A stretch of DNA of 64,000 nt from Minisyncoccota bacterium. GTDB lineage: Bacteria; Patescibacteriota; Minisyncoccia; Phycocordibacterales; Phycocordibacteraceae. Location: assembly GCA_041660025.1 (NCBI GenBank), contig JBAZXD010000002.1:4635-68634 (forward strand), written 5' to 3'. Shown piece after piece: positions 30,019-39,646 of the stretch; the first letter of the stretch is position 1, and each line of letters opens with the position of its first letter. The notes beneath the pieces were generated by a model that saw nothing but the letters and a program-made list of their open reading frames with translations, ran no database searches and had not been told where the DNA came from. The position numbers and the translations under genes were made by a program.

Positions 30019-31191
30019 ATGACTGATACCATGAAAAAGAGGAAGATCTGTTTTGTCATAACCAGTTTCATCCACTACAGCAGGAATATGCTTGTCCTGG
30101 AGGAACTGAAGAAAAGGCCTGATGTCGAACTCCATGTCGTGATTGGCGGTGCGGCATTGATCTCTCGATATGCCTCGAGGTCTGCGACGATCAGCCAGAT
30201 TCTTATTAATGATCATTTCGAGCATATTCATGAAATTCACTTCAATCTTGAAGGAGATCTTCCTATCATCAAAGGCAAGACAACGGGCTTGGGGATAATA
30301 GAGTTCTCGACACTGTTCAACAACCTCAAGCCGGACCTGGTGGTAATCAGGGGTGATAGATTCGAAGTTTTAGCAGCCGTAATCGCTGCTGCGTACTCAA
30401 ATATTCCGATTGCCCATATAGAAGGCGGGGATGTCTCCGGCACGATAGATGAAAGCGTCCGACACGCAATTACGAAATTCTCGCACATTCATTTTCCTAC
30501 TAATACCGAATCGAAGGACCGTATCATCCGAATGGGCGAGGATCCAAAATACATTTTCAATCTAGGCTCCCCAGAGGTGGAGGTTGTTTCGAAGATGAAA
30601 AAAAAGAATTATAAAATTGATATCGCCAAGACAGGTAGCGGAGCGGACATTTCTCTCAGCAAGGATTACATCATCGTGATGTATCATCCGGTGACGACTG
30701 AATTGAAGGACAGCGTTTCGAACATACAAAAGCTCATCAAGGTCGTTCATGAACTCAATGTACAGACACTATGGTTCTGGCCTAATGCCGATGTCGGTTC
30801 CGAAGAGATCGCCCATCAGTTGCGCATATTCAACGATAGAACCAGGAATCATAAGATACGCTTCCTGCGAGATATCCCTTCCAGAGAATTCTTAACACTT
30901 CTTAAAAACAGCCGTTGCTTGGTGGGAAATTCTTCGGCAGGTATGAAAGAATGTTCATATTTTGGCGTACCTGCCGTGAATATCGGCACTAGGCAGAACG
31001 GCCGATTGCACGCGAAGAACGTCATAAACGTCACTCACAGTGAAGCTTCGATACGAGAGGGAATCCGAACACAGATGAGGAAGAAACGATACCCCTCTTC
31101 GGATCTATACAAAGCCGATAACACCGCAAAGAAAATGGCGGAAGTTATGGCGACAATCAATCTATATGTGCAGAAACGATTTATTGATTAA
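30019..31191 (+). CDS. neuC: UDP-GlcNAc-type 2-epimerase (hydrolysing)
   Basis: GDRFE, HIEGGDVSGTIDESVRHAITK, HPVT, GNSSAG, NIGTRQNGR. Confidence 0.9.
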   Translation: MTDTMKKRKICFVITSFIHYSRNMLVLEELKKRPDVELHVVIGGAALISRYASRSATISQILINDHFEHIHEIHFNLEGDLPIIKGKTTGLGIIEFSTLFNNLKPDLVVIRGDRFEVLAAVIAAAYSNIPIAHIEGGDVSGTIDESVRHAITKFSHIHFPTNTESKDRIIRMGEDPKYIFNLGSPEVEVVSKMKKKNYKIDIAKTGSGADISLSKDYIIVMYHPVTTELKDSVSNIQKLIKVVHELNVQTLWFWPNADVGSEEIAHQLRIFNDRTRNHKIRFLRDIPSREFLTLLKNSRCLVGNSSAGMKECSYFGVPAVNIGTRQNGRLHAKNVINVTHSEASIREGIRTQMRKKRYPSSDLYKADNTAKKMAEVMATINLYVQKRFID

Positions 31192-31193
31192 AT

Positions 31194-31928
31194 ATGATTT
31201 TTGAGAAAAAAATCCTAGGAGTCATCACCGCGCGTGGCGGGTCGAAAGGGCTGCCAGGGAAGAACATAAAACTGCTCAACGGGAAACCGCTCATCGTGTA
31301 TACGATAGAAGCCGCTCGAGAAAGCAGACTGATTACCGATCTCATCGTCTCGACGGACAGCGAGGAGATAGCCGGAATCTGTCGCGAGCACGGGGCAGAG
31401 GTTCCCTTCATCCAGCCGGCGGAATTGGCGACCGACACCTCAGGACATCTTGAGGTTATGCAATACGCGACGAAGTTCATGGAAGAGCAGAAAAGCACTG
31501 CCTATGATTATGTCGTGATATTCCAACCCACCTCTCCGTTCCGTACGGTGGATGACATAGACAAGACAATTGAAAAAATAATCGAGCACAATGCGGACAG
31601 CGCCTTTTCCATGTGTGCAGTAGAGCCCAGCCAGCATCCAATCAAGGTGAAAAAAATGGAAGGAGATACAGTACTGCCGTATTGTATGGAAGAAATGATC
31701 GGCACCCATCGGCAGGATTTCCCGAAAGCGTATAAGCGTTCAGGTGCGGTATATGTCACGGGGCGCGATATTTTGATGAAAGAAAATAAACTATTCGGTG
31801 ACTTCATAGTGGGTCACATCGTGCCTGCCGAACGTTCGATTGATATCGATACCGAATACGATTGGGTCTTGGCGGAATATAAATACAAAAAACTTAAAGA
31901 GCAGGGGTTCTTTGGAAAGACGGCTTGA
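31194..31928 (+). CDS. neuA: Acylneuraminate cytidylyltransferase
   Basis: ARGGSKGLPGKNIK, VSTD, QPTSPFR, SIDIDT. Confidence 0.92.
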   Translation: MIFEKKILGVITARGGSKGLPGKNIKLLNGKPLIVYTIEAARESRLITDLIVSTDSEEIAGICREHGAEVPFIQPAELATDTSGHLEVMQYATKFMEEQKSTAYDYVVIFQPTSPFRTVDDIDKTIEKIIEHNADSAFSMCAVEPSQHPIKVKKMEGDTVLPYCMEEMIGTHRQDFPKAYKRSGAVYVTGRDILMKENKLFGDFIVGHIVPAERSIDIDTEYDWVLAEYKYKKLKEQGFFGKTA

Positions 31929-32036
31929 TACTAGACCACCACTCCTCTTATTCCAAGATGCAGAGGGCGTGATATCATTACCGTATCCTCCCTGGAGGAG
32001 AAGGATCATTATCCCGTAACTAACTATTAAGCCAGT

Positions 32037-32906
32037 ATGAAAAAATTTATAGCGACAGCAGGGGCTCTGGCACTCGCGCTTGGCGGGTTCCCAGTGGCTC
32101 TCGTGCATGCGGAGCGGGGAAGCGATGACGCGAACGTACAGGTAACTGCGGTCACAGCAGTGCGTGTCTCTGATGACGCGACGGACGATGATACGGACGA
32201 TGGGGACAAGACAGTGTCCGTAACCGCGCAAATTGATAATGACAGCGACGACTCGGATGCGACGAGCACCGACGTCTCGGCAATATCGGGCAAGCAGAGA
32301 AGCGAAGAAGAGAAGAAGTTGCGCGAAGCGCGCAGGGAAGAAGTGAAGCTCGCACTCGAAACGCTGAAGGAGAGTATTCGCTTCGAGCTCGAGGATGACG
32401 AGGACCGAGCGTCCTCGATTGCAGAGCTGAAGCAGAAGATAGAGGAACGCAGGCAAGAACTCGACGATGAAGAGGCGAGCACGACACCTCGGTTCAAGGA
32501 TGTGATGAAGAACGCGAACGAAGTGCGTCTCGCGGTACACACGCTCCTCGCCTCGAAGGATCTCTTGGGCGGCATCGGACAGCAAGTGTCGGAGATCGCG
32601 AAGCAGATGAACGACTCGGTCGCGACGACGACGAACGCCGAAGCGCAGATCGAGTCGCGCGGCTTCCTCTCGAAGATCTTCTTCGGCGGCGACAAGCGGG
32701 CCGCTGAAGCCATCAGCAAGGAGGCGAAGCGCAATCAGGAGAGCATCGCGAAGCTCACCGAGCTCCTGAACGAGGCGAATCTCTCGGTGGATATCCAGGC
32801 GGCGCTTGAAGCGCAGGTAACTGCGCTCAAGGAGGCGCAGGCCCGTTTCCAGGCGCTCGCAGAGAAGGAGCAAAGGACGTGGGGCATCTTCAGTTGGAGG
32901 TTCTAA
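32037..32906 (+). CDS. Secreted acidic/coiled-coil hypothetical protein
   Basis: Signal peptide ending LVHA, Asp-rich linker, long heptad helices. Confidence 0.75.
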   Translation: MKKFIATAGALALALGGFPVALVHAERGSDDANVQVTAVTAVRVSDDATDDDTDDGDKTVSVTAQIDNDSDDSDATSTDVSAISGKQRSEEEKKLREARREEVKLALETLKESIRFELEDDEDRASSIAELKQKIEERRQELDDEEASTTPRFKDVMKNANEVRLAVHTLLASKDLLGGIGQQVSEIAKQMNDSVATTTNAEAQIESRGFLSKIFFGGDKRAAEAISKEAKRNQESIAKLTELLNEANLSVDIQAALEAQVTALKEAQARFQALAEKEQRTWGIFSWRF

Positions 32907-32910
32907 GCTC

Positions 32911-32992
32911 GCAAAGCCGAGCTTCCTCCCGGCGCTCGCTCGGAAGAATGAAATGAGAATTTCTTCTTCGCTTGCTCGCTTGGTAGTAGAAG
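32911..32992 (+). repeat. Dispersed structured intergenic repeat, copy 2
   Basis: GCTTCCTCCCGGCGCTCGCTCG, then hairpin GAAGAA-T-GAAAT/ATTTC-TTCTTC, then GCTCGCTTGGTAGTA. Confidence 0.75.
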
Positions 32993-33005
32993 ATTAGGGA
33001 AAAGA

Positions 33006-33031
33006 GCGGCCGCCCCAGAGGGGGCGGCCGC
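33006..33031. terminator. GC-rich hairpin, probable terminator
   Basis: Perfect 11-bp stem GCGGCCGCCCC/GGGGCGGCCGC. Confidence 0.55.
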
Positions 33032-33055
33032 GCTTCGTGGTATAGTTGCCCCATT

Positions 33056-35230
33056 ATGGAGGGGGACGGTATCGCAAAGAACATCGCACGATGGGTAGCG
33101 CTCGGCGCGCTCTTCCTTATCCCGTTTACGCCGCTCATCGTCGCGGGGGGATACTTCTTCCCCTTTATCACCGGCAAGGCGTTCTTCTTCCGTATCCTGA
33201 TCGAGATCGCCGTCTCCGCGTGGGTGGTGCTCGCACTTCTCGATAAGGAATACCGTCCGCGCTTCTCGCTCGTTGGCGCGGCGGTTGTCGCCTTCACCCT
33301 GTGGATGTTCATCGCCGACGCCTTCGCGCCGAACGCGGCAAAAGCGTTCTGGAGCAACTTCGAGCGTATGGAGGGCTGGGTGCTCCTCGTACACCTCCTC
33401 GGATTCTTCTTCGCCGCGAGTGCGGTGCTGAGGGTGCAGGAGAAGTGGCGCGCATGGTTTCTTACCTCGCTCGGGGTCTCCGCCGCCGTCGTCGGGTACG
33501 CTCTGCTTCAATTGAACGGAACATTCGCGATTCATCAGGGCTCTACCCGCATCGACGCCTCGATGGGCAACTCCGCCTACCTCGCGATCTATCTCCTCTT
33601 CAACGTGTTCATCGCGCTTTGGCTCGCACTGACCGAGAGGCTCGCGTGGCTCAAATGGTCCCTTATCGCGCTTGCGGCGGTGGAGGCCGTTCTTATTTTC
33701 TTTACCGAAACACGCGGCGCTATCTTAGGGCTTGTCGGCGCGCTCGCGCTCGCGGCGTTCCTGACCGCGCTCTCCGCCGGGAAGCACGCCCGCCGCGGAG
33801 CGGCGGGCGTGCTCATCCTCATCCTGTTTCTCGCGGGCGGCTTCTATCTCGCGCGCGATTCAGCGTTCGTGCAGGGGAATCACGTACTTCAGCGTGTCGC
33901 CTCTATCTCGCTTACCGACGGTGCGACGCGCTTTACCATCTGGCAAATGGCGTTTCGAGGCGCGCTCGAGCGCCCGCTCACCGGCTGGGGGCAGGAAGGA
34001 TTCAATTACGTTTTCAACAAGCAGTATGACCCCTCGCTCTATGCGCAGGAGCCGTGGTTCGACCGGGCGCACAACGCATTCATCGATTGGCTCTCAGCGG
34101 GAGGCATGCCCGCATTCCTGCTCTATCTCTCGCTCTTCGGTACGACCATCGTACTGCTGTGGCGAAGTTCCGAGCTCTCGCGTCCGGAGCGTACTCTGCT
34201 TACCGCCGCACTCGCCGGCTACGCCGTCCACAATCTCTTCGTCTTCGACAACCTCTATTCCTATATATATTTCTTCGCGATACTCGCGCTCGTCGACTCA
34301 CAGGTGGGCCGCCCTGTCGCTCGATGCGAGAACGCGCCGGAGCTTCCTGCTGAAGCGGGGATGGCGTATGCGCTCCCGATCGCTACCGTCGTGGCGCTCG
34401 CGCTCATCTGGTCGGTAAACGTCTCCGGTATGCAGGTTGCGACGAAACTCATCACGGCGCTGTCAGGCTCTTCTGGTGGTATCGGCGCGAGCATCACCGT
34501 CTTTGAAGACCTTGCCGCTCATCCGGCGTTCGCCGCGCAGGAGATCCGCGAACAGCTCGTCTCGTTCTCAGCGGCGGTCGCACGGAGCCAGCAGGCGACG
34601 AATGAAGAGAAACAGCGGGCGGTCTCGCTCGCGGCGAGCGAGATGCAGAAACAGGTCGCCGCGTATCCGCGCGACGCGCGCGCGCGGCTCCAGCTCTCCT
34701 ACGTATATCGCACCGCCGGCGATAGCGCGAGCGCGCTGAAGGAGATCAAGGCCGCCATCGCGCTCTCACCGCAGAAGGAGGGCTTCTGGATCGAGGCGGG
34801 CGCAGTTGAATGGGACCTCGGCGATGTTGCTGCGGCGCGGAAAAGTTTTTATACCGCGTATGAGCTCGGGAAGCAGTTCTCCGGACTCGCCGCGTATGCC
34901 GCCGCTGGCGACATCCTTGTCGGCGACCTTGCGGCCGCCGACAAGGTCCTGCGCGAGGCCTACGGCACGACGGCTGTCGACAGCGATATTCTCGCGGTCG
35001 CCTATTACCGCACCAAGAATTGGCCGCGACTCATCAGCCTCTGGAGGATGCGGGCGGAACAGCCGGGCGCGACCGCCGAGACCTGGTTCTCGCTCGCCGC
35101 CGCTTATTACACCTCGGGCGACCGGGCGAATGCCGTCAAGACGATCAACAAGGCGGTCGCGCTTTATCCGGCCTCCGCGGCGGCGGGCGCCTCTGCCATC
35201 AAGCAGATAGAGGCCGCCGCCGCGCAATGA
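33056..35230 (+). CDS. O-antigen ligase (Wzy_C) family membrane protein with C-terminal TPR repeats
   Basis: Multi-TM; GNSAY, TETRGA, R..IW, PLTGWG, DRAHN; helical TPR-like C-terminus. Confidence 0.88.
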   Translation: MEGDGIAKNIARWVALGALFLIPFTPLIVAGGYFFPFITGKAFFFRILIEIAVSAWVVLALLDKEYRPRFSLVGAAVVAFTLWMFIADAFAPNAAKAFWSNFERMEGWVLLVHLLGFFFAASAVLRVQEKWRAWFLTSLGVSAAVVGYALLQLNGTFAIHQGSTRIDASMGNSAYLAIYLLFNVFIALWLALTERLAWLKWSLIALAAVEAVLIFFTETRGAILGLVGALALAAFLTALSAGKHARRGAAGVLILILFLAGGFYLARDSAFVQGNHVLQRVASISLTDGATRFTIWQMAFRGALERPLTGWGQEGFNYVFNKQYDPSLYAQEPWFDRAHNAFIDWLSAGGMPAFLLYLSLFGTTIVLLWRSSELSRPERTLLTAALAGYAVHNLFVFDNLYSYIYFFAILALVDSQVGRPVARCENAPELPAEAGMAYALPIATVVALALIWSVNVSGMQVATKLITALSGSSGGIGASITVFEDLAAHPAFAAQEIREQLVSFSAAVARSQQATNEEKQRAVSLAASEMQKQVAAYPRDARARLQLSYVYRTAGDSASALKEIKAAIALSPQKEGFWIEAGAVEWDLGDVAAARKSFYTAYELGKQFSGLAAYAAAGDILVGDLAAADKVLREAYGTTAVDSDILAVAYYRTKNWPRLISLWRMRAEQPGATAETWFSLAAAYYTSGDRANAVKTINKAVALYPASAAAGASAIKQIEAAAAQ

Positions 35231-36297
35231 ACCTCCAGGAACACGTCCCGCTCGCGCCCCTTACCACACTCGGCGTGGGCGGGGAGGCGCGATTTTTCGT
35301 TTCTGCACAGTCAGTCGAGGAGGTACAGGAGGCGCTCGAGTTCGCGCGAAGCCGCGCGCTCCCGCTCTTTGTGCTCGGCGGCGGCTCGAACATCGTCATC
35401 GGTGACGACGGCTGGGACGGGCTCGTGCTCGCGCTCCAGATACCGGACATTGCCGAGAGCGAACAGAACGGCCGCGCGATACTGACGGTCGGTGCCGGCG
35501 TCGTGTGGGACGACTTCGTCGCATATGCAATCGAGCGGGGATTCATCGGCATCGAATGCCTCTCCGGCATTCCAGGGTTGGTCGGCGGCGCGGTGGTCGC
35601 GAATGTCGGCGCGTACGGAGCGCAATGTAGCGACACGCTCATACGCGCGGACGTGCTCGTACGCGGCGATGGACAGGACTCAGTCCAGGTTTTCAAGAAT
35701 GAAGAATGTAATTTTTCATATCACGACAGCAGATTCAGTCACGAGCCCGGGCGATATATCGTACTGCGCGCGACCTTCTCGCTCGCGACCACCGGCACCT
35801 CACATCTCTCCTATCGGGACAACCGTTTCGATCTGAACGCACTCGCCGCAAAGAACGGCCGCGAGCCGACGCCGGCGGATGTCCGCGCCGCAGTGCTCGG
35901 TATGCGCGAGGAAAAGGGCGTCCTCGGCAGTTCCTATAAGAGCGCCGGGTCGTTCTTCCATATGCCGTTCGTCTCGCCGGAGCAGTATGCGCGAATCAGG
36001 GCCCAGGCGTGCGCGCTCGACGCGGTGAAGGAGGAGCGGCTGCGCCCCTGGGCGTGGAAACAGCCGGACGGAACCTACAAGATCGCCCCCGGCTTCTTGC
36101 TCGAGTACACGGAGTTCCAGCGGGGGTATGTACGCGGGAATGTCGGCATATCACCGCGGCACACACTGTCGATCATCAATGTCGGCGGCGCGCAGTCGCG
36201 CGATATCGCGGAGCTCGCGCGCGATATGCAAAACGCGGTTGAGAAAATTTTTGGCATTCAACTTGAGCGCGAAGTGGAGTATGTCGGTTTCGCATAA
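35227..36297 (+). CDS. murB: UDP-N-acetylenolpyruvoylglucosamine reductase (divergent)
   Basis: TTLGVGG.A, LGGGSN, SGIPGLVGG, N.GAYG, AGSFF, LEREV. The ATG overlaps the previous stop (ATGA). Confidence 0.85.
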   Translation: MNLQEHVPLAPLTTLGVGGEARFFVSAQSVEEVQEALEFARSRALPLFVLGGGSNIVIGDDGWDGLVLALQIPDIAESEQNGRAILTVGAGVVWDDFVAYAIERGFIGIECLSGIPGLVGGAVVANVGAYGAQCSDTLIRADVLVRGDGQDSVQVFKNEECNFSYHDSRFSHEPGRYIVLRATFSLATTGTSHLSYRDNRFDLNALAAKNGREPTPADVRAAVLGMREEKGVLGSSYKSAGSFFHMPFVSPEQYARIRAQACALDAVKEERLRPWAWKQPDGTYKIAPGFLLEYTEFQRGYVRGNVGISPRHTLSIINVGGAQSRDIAELARDMQNAVEKIFGIQLEREVEYVGFA

Positions 36298-36298
36298 G

Positions 36299-36307
36299 TT
36301 ATCCACA
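36299..36307 (+). promoter_or_regulatory. DnaA box
   Basis: Exact TTATCCACA. Confidence 0.5.
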
Positions 36308-36437
36308 CTCCGCTTTTTTTTCTCACACAAAAAGTTTTTTACGCGCGATAATAACGTATAGAAACGTTTGCGAGTGAAATATTTTCTCGCGCAGACGGGT
36401 CGACATACCAGCCCTCACCCATAATTCGCAAACCACC

Positions 36438-36518
36438 ATGGCAAAAAAGCGTAAGGCCGCGAAGAAGACAGCAAAGCGCAAGACAACGAAGCGCAAGGCT
36501 GCAAAGAAGCGCAAATAG
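36438..36518 (+). CDS. 26-aa Lys/Arg/Ala-rich histone H1-like microprotein (not in ORF track)
   Basis: MAKKRKAAKKTAKRKTTKRKAAKKRK*; sits alone in an intergenic gap with a downstream terminator. Confidence 0.75.
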   Translation: MAKKRKAAKKTAKRKTTKRKAAKKRK

Positions 36519-36525
36519 TTTCGTA

Positions 36526-36604
36526 AACAAAGTTTGCTCCCAGCGCTCGCTCGAAAAAGAAAAATCAGAATCTTTCTTTTCTCTCGCTCGCTTGGTAGTA
36601 AAAA
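36526..36604 (+). repeat. Dispersed structured intergenic repeat, copy 3
   Basis: CAAAGTTTGCTCCCAGCGCTCGCTCG, then an A-rich/T-rich hairpin, then GCTCGCTTGGTAGTAAAAA. Confidence 0.8.
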
Positions 36605-36639
36605 GAAAAATCCCTCCGTTCGCGGAGGGATTTTTCTTT
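36602..36639. terminator. Bidirectional intrinsic terminator
   Basis: AAAGAAAAATCCCTCCG-TTCG-CGGAGGGATTTTTCTTT. Confidence 0.8.
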
Positions 36640-36688
36640 GTGCACCGCACAAGTATCAGACGCGCAGACGTAGTATAAAATACTATCG

Positions 36689-39646
36689 ATGCGCATCCGG
36701 TATTTCGCGTTCTTTTTCATCTTCGGCACACTCGCGTGGGGCGTGTCGCCCGTTGTTGTTAGAGCGGCGGCGCCGCTCATATATAGGACTTCATTTGTCG
36801 GCTTGCCGCTGATTCCCCACACACTCAATATTCCACAGTCCGCAATCAGGACTGGCAATACCTCCACATTTCAAATAGGCGTACATAGCCCATCTGGCTA
36901 TTCGCCGACCGTGTCGGCTGACCTATCACAGCTCGGCGTTTCAAGTCCGACCACGACACCCGCCTTGCCGGGCAGTCCTAATTCCGATTCGAATTCCTCT
37001 TACAATTTTGGGCCGCTCACCATCGGTGCAGATATTTCCGACGGACTCAAGACCGTTTTCGTGACGGCCGTTGATGTGAACGGTAACACCGCCACTACCA
37101 CTGCACAGATCGTAGTCGATAACGTCCTACCAACGGCCTTACTATCAAACATCACTTTTTCCACTACTTCGCCGCGACAAGGTGATTTTATGTATCTCTC
37201 CGGTTCGATGGACGGAACGGGGAGCACGGCGAAGGTGGCACAAATTACGATGCGTCTTTCTGACACCGTGGGCAATCCGGTGGTGAGCACTATCATCGGA
37301 GGATCGACGCTCATTTACAATCCAGTGACCCTCAATGCCGCTCTTGCAATCTCGACCGATGGTTCTTTCTCGGACGTGCCGGTCCAGCTCATCGAATTCG
37401 GCGATATAGGATGGATCGCGCGGGCCGATAACTTTAGCATTGAGCTTCTTGTCTACGATGAGGCAGGGAATTTCAGCATAACCACATTAACAGTACCCGT
37501 TCCGAAGCCGCCAAAAGTCTCCAACGTGCTGTTCCTACCCGGCATCGAGGGAAGTCGCTTGTATGAAGGAGTTGGATGCGGGAAGGCGGCTGAAGAGAAG
37601 CTCTGGGAGCCTATCGCCGATTCGCTTCTGCAAATCCTGCGCGGCGCGGGCAATGATAAAGCAAGAGATCTTTTCCTTACTCAATCCGGTGCGAGCGTCT
37701 GTAGCGACATCTATGCGAAGGTAGGCGATATTGTCGATGCAGTTCGCGGGAACAATATCTACCGATCGTTCATCGACGAGATGAACGGACTCGAGGCCGA
37801 CGGCACTATTAACGATTGGAAGCCGGTCGCCTACGACTGGCGGCTCTCGCTTCTGGACCTCTTACACAAGGGGGCGGAGCGGGACGGTAAGATATTTTAT
37901 GCAGGAGGAAATGAAAGCGCGACGAGCACGCCGTATATCGAACAGACGCTCCGGGCGCTCGCGGGTAGCTCGAAGAGCGGAAAGGTAACCATCGTCGCGC
38001 ACAGCAACGGCGGTCTCGTCGCTAAAGCGCTCCTTAACGAGCTCGGTAATGCCGAGGCCGCTGCGCTGATTGATAAAGTGCTTCTGGTCGGCGCGCCACA
38101 GAGCGGCGCGCCTGAGGCGCTTGGCGCGGCGCTCGTCGGCCACAACGCCGGCATCTATAAATACGGTTTCCCGATACTCTCGAATGCGGTGGCACGCGAG
38201 CTCGCCCAGAACTCGCCGATGGCGTATCATCTGCTCCCGTCAGGGAATTATCTGGAGAGTATTGCGAGTGACCTGGCACATCCCGTCGCCCGCTTCGCGG
38301 GCGACGCCTATGCGAAAGAGATCAGTGCCTATGGCTCCACTATCGACAACCGAACCGAGCTAGACGGCTTCCTCCTCGCCACGGAGGGCGGGCGCGAGAA
38401 GCCCGTGGCGAGTAATGTGGATTCCGCAGAAATTCTCAATTCGAGTCTCCTGGATTATGCGAACGGCCAGCACGACATACTCGATTCTTGGACGCCACCG
38501 GCGGGTATCGAGGTGAGCCAGATAGCCGGCTGGGGTATCGACACTGTCGCCGGGATAGATTTCTATACGCCACAACCCATAAACGCGCTCACTGCTCTCG
38601 AGCCGATGCGTAAATATAACCCCCTCTTTACCGAGGACGGCGACGGCACCGTCCCCGTCCCGAGTGCGCTCCTGATGGCCTCAAACACGAATGTGAAAAG
38701 GTATTGGCTGAATCTTTTTGCTTACAATAACGAAACAGAATTAGATAGGGAACACAAAGATTTATTTGAAATCCCATCGCTTCGAGACTTTATAAAAAAC
38801 ATCATTAAGAACAGCACCAGTACATTGCCGGCATATATCTCCACGAGCCAGCCAGCGCCACTAACTGGGAATAAGAAACTCACCTTCTTCCTCCACTCGC
38901 CGCTCACGCTCCAGCTCACAGACTCCTCCGGCAACGTCACTGGACTCGCCGAGGATGATTCGATGACGCAAGATATTCCCGACTCTACCTACGGCGAGTT
39001 CGGCGAGGTTAAGTACATCACCGTTCCGGAAGGGGATTACACGCTCAGTATGAACGGGCAGGCGAGCGGTACCTTCTCGCTCGATATGCAGGAATCCTCG
39101 GGTGGCGTCATTACCACCTCAAGCATTATCGCGAATGTCCCGACAACGGCGAGCACGCTCGCGAGCCTGACCATCTCGGGCGGGCTCGACACCGTCTCGG
39201 CGCTCACGGTAGATCAGAACGGCGATGGTACGGACATACTCACCATCACTCCTCACATCGGAGAAACGGTTATTTATGAGCCACCTGCGCCGGAACCGAC
39301 AGTAAGTTCATCGGGCAGTGGAGGTGGAGAAGCGATCTTCTCCCTTCCTATACCGGTGGTGGTCGCAACCACAACGGAGACGCCCGCGACAGCAACCCCG
39401 CTCATAGAGCTGGCCGCTACAAATACTCCCGCGATAGCAGTTTCTACGAAATCTCCTCAGACAAGACGGAGGCCGCCGGTACCCACTTTCGAGTCACCTC
39501 AAAAAGCGAATATAAATGTCTCTCAGACTGCCTCGGTGCACAATGCTTCTCAACAGCCGGCCCTGAAGAAGTTGGGCGAGACGGTCTATAATAGTCTGCA
39601 CAGGCTCTGGAGGGGATTGAAAGTAATTTTCTTAATCCAAAAATGA
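36689..39646 (+). CDS. Secreted alpha/beta-hydrolase (LCAT/PGAP1-like lipase) with Ig-like domains
   Basis: Signal peptide, LFLPGIEGSRL, YDWR, VAHSNGG nucleophile elbow, DGDGTVP, EH; Thr/Pro-rich tail. Confidence 0.82.
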   Translation: MRIRYFAFFFIFGTLAWGVSPVVVRAAAPLIYRTSFVGLPLIPHTLNIPQSAIRTGNTSTFQIGVHSPSGYSPTVSADLSQLGVSSPTTTPALPGSPNSDSNSSYNFGPLTIGADISDGLKTVFVTAVDVNGNTATTTAQIVVDNVLPTALLSNITFSTTSPRQGDFMYLSGSMDGTGSTAKVAQITMRLSDTVGNPVVSTIIGGSTLIYNPVTLNAALAISTDGSFSDVPVQLIEFGDIGWIARADNFSIELLVYDEAGNFSITTLTVPVPKPPKVSNVLFLPGIEGSRLYEGVGCGKAAEEKLWEPIADSLLQILRGAGNDKARDLFLTQSGASVCSDIYAKVGDIVDAVRGNNIYRSFIDEMNGLEADGTINDWKPVAYDWRLSLLDLLHKGAERDGKIFYAGGNESATSTPYIEQTLRALAGSSKSGKVTIVAHSNGGLVAKALLNELGNAEAAALIDKVLLVGAPQSGAPEALGAALVGHNAGIYKYGFPILSNAVARELAQNSPMAYHLLPSGNYLESIASDLAHPVARFAGDAYAKEISAYGSTIDNRTELDGFLLATEGGREKPVASNVDSAEILNSSLLDYANGQHDILDSWTPPAGIEVSQIAGWGIDTVAGIDFYTPQPINALTALEPMRKYNPLFTEDGDGTVPVPSALLMASNTNVKRYWLNLFAYNNETELDREHKDLFEIPSLRDFIKNIIKNSTSTLPAYISTSQPAPLTGNKKLTFFLHSPLTLQLTDSSGNVTGLAEDDSMTQDIPDSTYGEFGEVKYITVPEGDYTLSMNGQASGTFSLDMQESSGGVITTSSIIANVPTTASTLASLTISGGLDTVSALTVDQNGDGTDILTITPHIGETVIYEPPAPEPTVSSSGSGGGEAIFSLPIPVVVATTTETPATATPLIELAATNTPAIAVSTKSPQTRRRPPVPTFESPQKANINVSQTASVHNASQQPALKKLGETVYNSLHRLWRGLKVIFLIQK

